Shown here piece after piece: positions 13,405 to 25,100 of a stretch of 64,000 nucleotides of DNA; within the stretch, counting starts at the first letter, position 1; each line of letters opens with the position of its first letter. Source of the DNA: Lepidodermella squamata (lineage: Eukaryota; Animalia; Gastrotricha); NCBI GenBank assembly GCA_047495785.1, contig JBLDXI010000009.1, positions 4,030,001 to 4,094,000 on the forward strand, read 5' to 3'. Both the position numbers and the translations under genes were made by a program. The notes beneath the pieces were generated by a model. It worked only from the letters and a program-made list of their open reading frames with translations, did no database searches and had not been told where the DNA came from.

Positions 13405-15240
13405 ATTGCCCTGGATGAAACCAATGTAGAATATGGTAAATAATGATCAAAAAGAGTGTTACCTCGAGTCGAAAATTCAATAAATATCAAAAAGCTTGAA
13501 CAATGCAGAAACCCTGGCGTTAATCTTGGTTAAATATCGGACCGTCGAGGCTCCCGGCGGCTTCAATACGCCCACCGGCTTACAATATCTTTTACTTATT
13601 CGATTCGTTCCACTTATAATTTCATTTCATTGTTTCATAACTTTTTCGCTCTTTTTTCAGCGCATGGGTTATTTGTTCAACCGCTGCTCATAATGATAAG
13701 CGGTTTAGTTTAAATACACGCTCGTGCGATTTTGAATCTTAAGAGATTACTTATACCGGGTGAAACAAAATTTTATCACGTTCTTTCTCGAAAATTTCTC
13801 GCGGGATTTTCATTGTTGACGATGAAATTGGAAAGCTAAAAATAAGAAATTGGTACGAGCTTACAAGGCGTGCCCACGAAATGCGCTTATTAAATCGTCT
13901 TACCGTTCCTGAATTCAAAGAATTATCTAGATAAAAAACTGCGGGGCTTATTTCCGACACCTCAAAAATGTATAAACATTACCTCTTACGGTTTCGACCG
14001 GATTCGAGTTGCGAATTATCCTGGCAAGCTAATCAGGGCTGCATGCATGATAGGTAATAGATTTTTTTTTTAATTTTTCGATTATTAAAATTGCAGTGAT
14101 TACTAAACTTTTGTTCTGAAACGTAAGACTGAATCAAAGGCTAGTTTCGGGTTTGACGCAATTTCCAACCTTGCATAGCACATTATATTGAACAGCGCAT
14201 AAAGTTGATAGAATTCGCACCATAGATAATAATAATTAATTCGCACGAAAGAGCAATTATCCGTGGTCTATTCAATCCAATGTGTCTTACATTGGGTTCA
14301 AGACCTGTCCTTTGCATGCATCCTCGAAACGAAAATTGCGGAATTCACGAAGAAATTAAGTTTGCATAAGCTTTCCCTTTTAGTAAAAAAATTTCTGGCG
14401 CACTAGTTGTTGTTTCAAACAAGGTGTTTTATCGCCATGTATCGCGCCCTTTGGGCCCTGCTCAGGGCCCATTGTTAAACGACGCCCAATACATTAAAAT
14501 GGAAAACATTGCCGCTTCGCTTATCCGTCATGCCCCGTGTCGTGTCTCATTAAATTAATCCCGTTGATGGTAATTTAACTTCGTTTCAAGTATGGGTTAG
14601 ATAGTGCAAACTCTTAGAAGAGGCTATTTTTCATTATCATGCCCATTCAGATTGCAGATGTTAGTCAATGACTCATGCTAGAAATTTTGCATAATCAAGA
14701 AGTTTGGAGATCGAGAAAATTTCATTGCATAACCTTGTTACCGCCTTTATAACAAATATACACCTCTTGTAAAAACTCTCCAGCATTATTCATCGTTTTT
14801 TATTTTAATGCGGTTTGACACGAATTTCATGACGAGCAGCAAATTCTTCAACCACTAACAAGATTTCATTGTTGTTTCATTGTGTGACCACTAGAAGATG
14901 GCGCGCGTGCGCGTTGTAACGGCAAAGCCGTTCTCATAATTCCATGCTAAATTCATAATCTTCATCTCCTCTTCTTGTTTGAGATTTTCTCAGCATAAGG
15001 TATAATGCCCTGGAGAGTTATGGCACGTTCCACTAACGAAACTTTATTAAATATATGTCAAATTTTGCATTTGCGTTGCAGCAATTATTGCCACCTCTTT
15101 TGTGTGCATTCTGCCACGCGATTTGAATGAAATATTCATCATCAGTTCATTAATTTATCGGGAGATGGGTGAATTTAAAACTAGGACAGTACCACGCAAA
15201 TAATTCAGGTCATAGCTGATCATTTTGTGTTTCTTTGCAC

Positions 15241-18200
15241 TCAGATGCATCTTGGTGCGGGGTCGCTCCAAGTTCCATCGGCGCGGCAACTGAGAGTCGA
15301 TGCACCGGAGAGACGACGGCCGTTGAAGCAGGTGTATGTGATACGACTACCAACGAGATTTCCAGAACCACTCGCAGAACCTCCCTCGATTTGCGGAATT
15401 TCTGTGGAGACAAGTATATTTCACTGAAAAGTATTATGGTATTCCGAAACTCACCGGGGCAAGAATAAACCAAGTCGCACTGCTTCAGCGGTGAACTCCA
15501 TGTTCCATCGCTGCTGCAGTCGAGTCCGTAAGACTGAGCTCCTCCAGAGGTAGTGCGACCCTTGTTGCAAGTAACCATTGCTCTGGTACCGACCAAAGCC
15601 GTTCCTCCTTCAGCCCAGTTACTGAAAGGAACTGTTTGCGGTGGGCAAGATTTGACAGTTAAGCTATGAGCGAAATCAACATGAGCGCAAGGCCAATCTT
15701 TAAACTCAGTCGGGAGGATGCGAACGAAACGAGCAACGATGTTGTAGGCGAAAAGCGTACAAACTTTAACGTTGATCGAATCTGAGTTGCCGTCGAAAAC
15801 CTTGATACTGCCGCTAGAGTCAGTAACCGGAGTCCACGTTGCGCCGTCAAGCGAATAAGAAATCGTGAATTTGGTGACGTAGTAGTTATTGCGACGGCAG
15901 CCTGAGATGGCATACCAGCCAACAGGGTAGGCTGAGCCAAGGTCGATCTGGAGCCAAGGCGATGTTTTGTCGCAGGACGCCGGGCGCCAAGCCTCGACTG
16001 CATTTGTGTTGAAGGAGGACTTCTGGGGATGGAATTTATCGCCAGACTGGCCACAAGTGTTACCGCAAGACTCAGCAGCGGTCTCCTTGTACCAGCTCGA
16101 GGCCGAGCGCGATTGCATTGGCAGGTAATAACCGCTTTGCTGCTCCTTGTCATTCGAGCAAATGTACTGAGCATGGGCGTACAACGAACTTGACGGGCAG
16201 TTTGAATCTCCCTTCCAAAACGTATTCACGGGGATGATACACTTCGATTTAGTGCCGCATTGTAGGGAGGTCGTCAAGTAGACATCAGCCCAGTTGCAGC
16301 TTGTGTCGGAGTTGCATTTGTTTTCAGAGTTGTCAGCCGCGCAGCTTGCTTTAGCTTGGGTATAGAGGGGGTCATTTCCGCAGCTCAGTTCGTTGGCAAC
16401 GCCCATTCGGCCGAAATGGGCCTCCAAAACGTTGATAGCTGTTCCCTCAGGGCAGCTAAGGACCAGCTGGCCGCCAAAGCAAGCTTGGGCGGATTTCACC
16501 TCAGGGCAACGGTCAGTGTCGGCCGGCTTCGAATCGAAGCAATCTTCATCGACCCTTCCGTCGAAGTCGTTATCGATATTATCGCCGCAAAGTTCCTCGT
16601 CGGCAACACCGTCACAATCGTTATCACGACCATCGTTAACGACTATCTCCGTGCTTGGTTCGCAGTCAGTCAGGCCTATCAAATGGTTTCAAGGTCACCA
16701 GCTACAAAAATTTAGAAAAAAAAACTTACGCAATATACAAGATCCAGTCGGATAAGCGATCGACTCTCGGTCGCCTGCGCCGTATATGTAGGCCTCGAAT
16801 CGGACACCGCGCACGGAGTGTTCAATGCGGAACTGCTGCTTGGCCGAGCTGAGTTTATAGAAGCCACCGACCATCTGAGTTTCTCCAGCTGCAATGCCAG
16901 GAATGTCTACCCAGTTGATACCAGTCAATGGGGTCTTGTCGAGCAGGAATCCATTTCTCGCAGCCTTAGCGACAATAATCGTCAAATAGTTGGTGTAGGT
17001 CGATGCGACTCCAGTTGGCGTAACGAAAGTGTAACCAAAGCCGAACTGAGCAGTAGGAATGCAAATGGTCATCGACGGATCTCCAGGGACTTTTGTATCG
17101 ACAGCGGAGTGAGTGAACTGAATCGCCTGGAAGGTTTTGCCCTTCTGCGACGAAAATCGCATCCACTCGGTGACAGAAGTGGCAGGGAATCGGACAGTTT
17201 CATGCTGTTGAAGCGTGAATGTCTGACTAGCCCTTTCGTTCGAATCAACTGTAATGGTTGTGTCGTCAGCGTCGGCAGTAATCAACCAGTAGTCAAACAG
17301 CCTAGCAACACGGCTAGGAGTCGGCCATGCAATGCAGTCACTTCCCCAAGTGGCGATGGGGAAAAGCTGCTCAACGAGATGGTCACGAGACAGCGATGCT
17401 CCGACATTGACGCGAGAATTGCCAGACCAAACTGCGACATCATCGCCAGCCTGAATGAAAGTACCCGTCAAGTCGCACTTGTCCTGAATCTGAAGGACAT
17501 CCAGCGGTCCGAGGGGCACGTTCATAATAGTTTCGCCGTTGGTGTAAGTTCTGCCTTGATAAGGCACCGCGCATTTTACATCAAGGGAATTAGGTGGGTT
17601 GATGGGCTGGTCCCAAGTTCCAACATTCGACGCGGGAAGTGTTGGCAGCGTGATGTTAACTCTCGTTATAGTGTTTGCCGCAATAGCGAACTCGCAGTTA
17701 TAATTTGGTGGCCAGAAGCAAGCAGCGACGTACCAACGGCCAAGGGTATCGACAGGCATGCCCAAGAAAGCATCCGCAGTATAGTATTCCTTGTTGACAC
17801 CGTACAAAACGAAGTTTTTATCTGACTTGAGGCGAAGAGCTTTTTTCTCGATGGTCAATGCCAGGTTGGATTCAGAATTGGTCATCTTCCAGGTGTAAGG
17901 AACAGTCAACATTTTAGCCTCCTTATTAGCGATGTTGAAGCTCTGTGAAACCCTAGAGTTTCCGGTAGGGAGGGGGGCTGATTCCATGGTGACTCCGATC
18001 GTTTCATACTTGTCTTGCGACACCCAGATCTCGAGAGACATGTTAACAGGACGTTCGGCTCGGTTAGACATGAACGCGACAAGAAACTCCTTGCCCTCTG
18101 TACCAACATCGCAGGCGATGAGTTCTTTAAGGTAGAAATTCTGGACGCCGACAGCTGGGACGGTGCTGTCGCATTCACGGCGGAAGAGTTGGCACTCGTT

Positions 18201-18489
18201 TAGGAGTGGTGAGAAGTTGAAGCCTCGGCATTGCTCAGCGCGACGGCATCGTTCAGCACAGGCCTTGAGAGTTCCGTCGCGGCCACGAAGCGGACCTTCA
18301 AGCCTATCGTTGTTGTTGTTGCAGACACCGAAAATCGTGGTGAAGTCCGAAAGAGCTGTAAAATGTTTGGTAAAATAGAGCTTGATATCAAGCGGTTTTC
18401 TTACAGGGACGATTATCTTCTTCGGTTGCTTCCAAAGCTCCGAGGGCCGCGCCGACAGTCGCGGCTATGGTGAGGAGACGAAAAATCAT
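15241..18489 (-). CDS. Secreted mosaic protein, paralogue D
   Basis: ATG at 18489 (MIFRLLTIAATVGAALG signal peptide); ORFs 18071-16695 and 16682-15210 joined by an intron at 16729-16676; last Sushi exon ends APRCI-stop at 15241. Confidence 0.87.
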
Positions 18490-18609
18490 TGGTAACCTGC
18501 AAGAAAAACGGAATATTGTCGAAGTTCTTTAAACTGAGTTGATGCGTTCGACTTACAGCAGGGTCAGTCGTAAGCAGAATGCTGGTCAAGAAGCCACCAG
18601 CTCAGCCGG

Positions 18610-18618
18610 TTTATATGC
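18610..18618 (-). promoter_or_regulatory. Candidate TATA box of paralogue D
   Basis: Minus-strand CATATAAA about 55 nt upstream of a GTAAG donor (18556) that pairs with a CAG acceptor (about 18497) just before the ATG, i.e. a short non-coding first exon. Confidence 0.4.
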
Positions 18619-19126
18619 ACCCCTCAAGGCACCCGGCGTCAAAATCCTCCGCCCCCACTTTAATGGCAGCTAAAGATTGCATATAATCAAAAATATTCAG
18701 ACAAAACAATGCGTTTTTGCAATAACAAGAGGCAATTCGCGGTATTTACATGATGTTTCTATCTCATTTCAAGTAATACGTGTAGCTGCTATAAAAGTAT
18801 AGCACATCTCCAGCCATTTTTTCATACGTCCACGTTCCAGCTCATATGGTGTGGCCGGCATGCGGCAAGTTATGCTGCTGATCCTTGGAATTTCAAACTT
18901 GTTACTTTAACGAGAAATGAAGATGCCACTAACAATGCAAGCATCCCATGCACTTACACTGAATGCACCGAAGGTTAGCCACAGCTTAAAATTGACATTC
19001 CAAACACGCATTTTTCGCCACGTGATTTTTCGTTATTTTATTAATTAATATGTCAAGTGCACTCAACTTAAAAAATTGCAAAAAAAATCACGAAAAATTC
19101 TTGGATAATCACAGAGTAAAATGAAA

Positions 19127-22100
19127 TTATTTTCCATGATGAGCAAGTGCAGCGACGATTTCGGTCGCTAACTGCGCGACATTAGCCGCATCGTTCGCTA
19201 TCGATGCCGTATCGGTAGCAGCCGTGGAAGGCGGTCCTAACGAGGCAGTTGCCAGCTTTTCAATAGCCCGCACGAGTCCGTCTGAATTGAGGGCAGTTCG
19301 CCGAGCCGGGGCGCTATCAGGTTGCTGAACCAGTCTTCGAAGGGTTCGAAGCAGCGGTTTAGCCCTGGAAGGCGGCGGTGGGTTCGAGAAGTGCGGACCG
19401 CTGTTGCTAAGGACGCTGACCCAAACGTGAACGTTGTGCTCGCTGAGGGCGCCTGACAACTCGGCTGGGCCGTAAAGTTGGGCCAGAAGCGATAAAATAT
19501 TGGCGGCAGTATCGACCATCTCAGTATCGTCGATAACAAGCTGAAAAAAAAGGAATTTGAATTTATGGGAGAAAATTTAAATTTTTTAATAAAATTTACA
19601 AATTTCAGCTATCATCATTCAGCCGTAAAATTATATTGAAAATTTCAAAAATTAGTAAATAGTGCAAACTCATTTTAATTTCAACTTTTGTGGAAAATTT
19701 TTGAAAATCATATAAATTTCCTAATTTTTATGATATTAACAAAAATTACTTACCAAATTGACCAGAATGAAGTCTAGGGTTGCCAAGCCTTTCGCTGATT
19801 TCAACGCTTCCTCGGCCAGCTCCTGAGCACTCGATCCAAGGCCTTGCTGTCTAGCCTGAAAATTCGAGAAGAAATTAGAAAAAATACAATAAATGTTTTT
19901 AAAAAATTACCTGAATCGCTTTTCTTGCCGCTAAAGCGACATGTCGCAGCATATTATTGACAACAGAAAGCGACGCAAAAAGCGGCCTAGCAACCGGGTC
20001 CAAGGCGTTAGAAGAAATAGGCACGCCGCAGACACCCGCGGATTCCGTCAAAGTCGAGCACAAACCGGTGATTGTCTCAATGAAAATCGGCTGTAAAAAC
20101 GCGCCCAATTCAACGCTAGACTGCGCTAGAATCGCATCGATTATCTCCAGCAAGTGCTGAACGACCGACGTTTGCGGCTTGCGTTTATACCCGTCCAGGG
20201 TTGCAAGAATCACGCTGATCGTCGAGCTGGAATTCGATAGGGTTTTAACGATTCTCGGCGAAATTTGACAGGCCCCGAGTAGGAAAGACGCGGCCAGGGT
20301 CGGTAACGGGTCCGAGGCGACGAATAATCGGTCCAGGGTGGGTAGAATCGCCCTCAACAAATCGCTAACTCGCATGTTTTCAATACTTTTCTCCACCTTG
20401 AAAACAGCTGGTAACAAATCGGTTAGCAGCCTTAGTCCAGCTGCTTGTAACTCAATGTCTTGGGTATCGATGACTAATCGACTCAGTGGGGCTAGTAATG
20501 GGTAGTAAGACAACTGGCCGGTTGTTATTTGGTCGGATATCGCTGATTGGACGGTTGCTTCCAGGGCGCCTAGGACACCCTGGCGCAGGTCTTCGACGAC
20601 CACCATGACCGTGGTTGATGAGGCGACGGTCGATGAGGCGGATGACGTGGCCATGACTGCGTCGACTAGGGCGTTGTTCAGCTCGACCATGTCTGCGATG
20701 AACGCCGCGTCGATGACTTGCTGCCGGATGAGGGAGCAGCTGATCAGGTAGGCGACTACGGCTACTCCGGGCAGGGCGGCGTTGAGTTGCTTTGTTTGGG
20801 CGGTTGTTGGGTGCTGTTTCAGGGACACGTGGCGCAACGCTTCGATGGCTAGCTTGTTGAGTTTTGGAGGCAGGGCAGCTAAACTTGCGACGGCAGATGC
20901 TACACCGTGTTCTAAAATTTAAAAAATTAAATTAAATTAAATAATTGAAAAATTGATTAAAAATTTTAGATTTTTGTTTCGAAATAACGTGACGATATCG
21001 TACAGAAGGGGTGCAATCTAGTCGACTGCCACCGCAATTTGATTCAGAAAATTAAAAATAAATGGTTATTCTCAAAAATGAAACTTGAAGACACCGATAT
21101 AGTAAACCCTTCATTTGAGCTTAATTTTAATATAAACCGCCAAACGCTTCCCAAAAAGGCAAGGTGTAAGAGATAACGCCATTCTAATTTCTAATTTCCA
21201 ATAGCTGAAGGGCTAAATTGCCTCTATTTAATCTCTCATTATTTACCTAGTTTCAAGTATTTCATTGTCAAAGCCTATTTTGAGGTGACGTATGGGCAAC
21301 ATTGTTTGTTCACCTCGTAACTTCAAGATACTCCACTAAAACCGTAGGGTTGGGTAAAATAGGCTGTTTCATCAACAAAAGATTGAGAAAAACACAGATG
21401 TTACAGATCGCTCTTCCTTTATTTACTCACAGGGCATCACTTGAATTTAGCAGTCTCATCTAATAGGAACAAGCCGATCTGTTCTAGTCTAGTTCCTTCT
21501 CTGTGATGTCGAGAATCAACGTCGAAAAACTTATTGGTAGAATTTGTGTTCGTAGCCCTCTTGACCGCACCAAGTCGCACCAAGATTTCCAAGAGGTTGC
21601 GGTTCTCCATTAAATTGGCAGAATCGATTGCTGCAAACAAACAGGTGCCAAATCACGCAATTACTTTCTAACAGCCCTTCCAAAGTTTGAGGCTGGCCTC
21701 CAGAACTGCACCGTGGATTTACGCAAACTCCTTTCCCAACTCCTTTCAAATCTTTCTGGAGGAACTTGTGATAACCGGGTCGAAAATCACCAGACGCTAT
21801 GCGTGGAGGGCATTCAGCAAACGTTTTCGTGAGGGCAGCTAAATTTGGGAAGACTTGACCCTCCGAACGGCACCCGGCAGCATCGCATTTAATCCCGTTC
21901 GCTGATTCAGAGATTCTGTGCTCGGTTGTCTCTTTAACGAACCAGCATTCTTTCTTAAGCAGCAACTCCTTAACAGGTTGGGGTTCTTGACGCAAAGGGC
22001 AACTCGTATTGGTGCAAACGACCTGGTGATCTGCAATGCAGGGAGTTCTTTTGAGCAGCTCCAAAGCTTGAGGCACGCCTCCATAACGGCATCCCGTGTT

Positions 22101-25100
22101 TTGGCAAATCGCCTTACGCCTATCCGTCATACTGAAGCCTTAAAAAAATCTCTAAGTTGAATATAATTGAGGGGGAGCAGATGCAATAAACTCGAGTCGT
22201 AAAACTGAGACATCAGGTTAACAAGTTATCACGGAAAGTTTAGAGCAACCGAATAACTAGAGAAGGAAAATCAGCGATGTTATCAATGTAAACGCATGTG
22301 AAAGCCATTTCGGCTATTCGCAAATGATGATAATTGAAGAAATAAGTACATATAAGGAGAATCGCATAAATGTGTGTAAGAATTAAAATCAGAAGTGAGA
22401 CTACACTGCAGTTTACAAACGGCGCATGAAATCTGGAATGTTCCACGCCACGTGGACGCATTTCACGCGCAAGTAGTGAACAGTCGGCACGCTAGTATAT
22501 TTATGGTAACGACAGCCCACCTATCTCACACCAAATCCACGCTAGTGCATTTATGTTTAACGCCGGCAAAATTGTCCCAAATGAGGACGCGTAATAAGAA
22601 TGTAACGCTGTTTCAATACAGTAACGCTAGTATATTTATGCGTGCCGAGATGACTCGCCACGAGGCGTTACTCGTTTTGACGTGCAGCGGAAGAAATAAC
22701 GAGTGATAATAAGTACCGTGTTTTATCCAACACTATCCAACCTCAAATAATAGCCCCTCGAATAATAGCCACAAAAATTCATCCTAATATTGGGTCCAAA
22801 GGTTAATAATAGCCCACCTCGAATAGTAGCCACATTCCATATAATAATAGCAATACATCTAGTATGAGGGGAGGTGGCTAACGTGCCAGAAGGAAATTGA
22901 GACGTAGAGAAGAGAAGTGCGACAACGAGGAAGATAACAACAGTGCATTTAAGCTTAATTACAGCGACAAAGAGGAATATATTCAAGCAAAAAATGACTA
23001 AAATGTCTGTTGAAGTGATGATTTGACGTTTGAGCATGAATAATAGCCTGCCTTGAATAAAAGCCCCCTCGAATAATATCCCGATTTCTTTCACTACTTT
23101 TCGAGTTCGGAAAAAATAATATCCCAGGATACTATTCGATAAAATACGGTATACTGCAAAAAGGTGGCACCTATCAAGTTAAAAAGGGTGCCTGCTTTGA
23201 AATTGAAAAATCGTAAAAACATAGTCGTGCCCATTTGGACATACCTATAATCAATTATTTTAACTCAATTATTAAAGGATAGAAGTAAATAATATAGTAA
23301 TTTAATTTAATTAAGTTATCATGATTAAAGTAAATTATTGAATTATTGAATAATTTCGCAGGGGACAAGTAAGACAGGCCAAATACAACGAAAAAGTAAA
23401 GATATTACTGCGCGTGGTCAGACTTTTCAACAGTGACACCTCGGCGAATGAGGGTCAAATCAACCGTGACTTTTCATCAGTGACAACTTGTCGGTAGAAA
23501 ATGCACCCGTTCCAATAATTTTGATTCAATAAATAATTTTGAAAGCACTAATTTGAGATAATGCTATGAAAATTCGCCAAATATCGCCTCCAGAAGAAAA
23601 AGTAGGCCAGCAGGTAACAGGAGTGGAATCTTTTAGTGGACAACACTTTACACCGTAATACCTCGTGATCCTCACACGAATTCAATGACTCGCGGGTATT
23701 AGATATTAATCCACCAGAAAAAAATTCAAAAAGCTATTTCCGACTCCGAGTCTAAAGCATCCTACATCCGACGTCATGGTTCGATAATCAGTCACCAATG
23801 AGCTCAAACAATCGAAGCACTCTCTCGCGCATTATTTATTACAAATTATTGTAAAACCCAAATTCAACGTCAATCACAGAAGCTGTGAGGCTCGTTATGT
23901 CGAGTGCTAGCAACGCGTTCAAAGCATCTAGGATGTTTGTTTTTGAGTTCTTGTTCAGATTCGAAGACGGCCCCCGCCGACGGACACCTGAGATCAACGC
24001 ACGCCGTTCTATCGGCATTGAACACGTGAAGATCAGTCATTACACTGAGCACGCAAGTTAGCTCACGCAACAGCTCAACAGATCGCGGCTCTCCACGGAA
24101 AGGGCACAGCTCATTGGTGCAAACCGGCTGGTGAACAGTGCGCATCGTGCAGTAAGTGTTTTCTAACAAGTGCAACGGTTGAGGCCGGCCTTGGAAAGGG
24201 CAGCCTTGGTTACGGCAAATCGCGCGAGTTTGATGAGCCATACTAATTTTAAGCCTTAATTAAACTCTATTCGAAATAATTAAGGAGGATCACATTCTAT
24301 GAACCAGAGTCACCGAAATGAGGCATTAGGTAAAGAATTTTTCAGAGAATTAACCGAATAAAATTGTCCGAAATTAAGACGAATTTCTTACCCAAGTATT
24401 CGTGACGAGTGGCTGGCGAGATCGCTTTTTGAAAATCGCGTTCCAAATGCGAAGATAGCCTCGACTGGGTGCAATAGATCAGCATATCCGGGTTGTGTTT
24501 GACCACGATTCCAAAGCCGAGATAGCCCTTAGCTCGAACAATCGGCGATGTGTGTTCCATTTCAAACAGCAGCCCATCTAAAACCTCCTTGGACGAGGCC
24601 AATTTCGGTAGACGGCACAGAGCCACGCATAAAATGGTGATTAACGACTGGTGAATTCGAGGCGATTGGCTTGAAATAAGTGGGTCGAGAATTCCGGCCA
24701 GTGTGACGACTTCCATCAACGGTCCGACTAGGGCCGAATCGTGGAGTAAAATTCGACTGAGAGCGAGGGTGCATGAAATTTTGAGGGCGTCGTTGTTGCT
24801 ATTGCTGAAAATTGCCCAGAGTTGTTGCAGCGTCTCGCTGGTCAGAAATCGACGAAGTAAAGGATTTGCTGAAGCATTACGCGGGCAGGCCATAATATTT
24901 TCAATGATTTTAGCCGCATAGTGTCCAGTCGTAGGGCAATCACCTTCCTAGAATTACAAAAATGAATAAAATATTTAGGGAAAATCGTGGCTGGTGCAGT
25001 AATAGCTCTTTCCAAATTGGAAATTAGGAATTGTACAGTTCTTAACTCAATTTATCACGCTGGTCAATAATCAGAAACCCGCATCTCAAAATTCGCTAGG

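Noticed and set aside
16818-17825. 335-aa plus-strand ORF and similar antisense ORFs (for example 12270-12797, 32698-33153, 53692-54093)
   Set aside because: They are shadows of well-supported genes on the opposite strand and carry no independent motifs.
22723-23094. 123-aa hydrophobic ORF
   Set aside because: It lies entirely inside the MITE, has a non-ATG start and shows no transposase motifs.
23870-24254. The shorter nested ORF as an in-frame alternative last exon of ULK4
   Set aside because: Both nearby acceptors put it out of frame with the phase-1 donor at 24391; only the longer ORF has an in-frame option.
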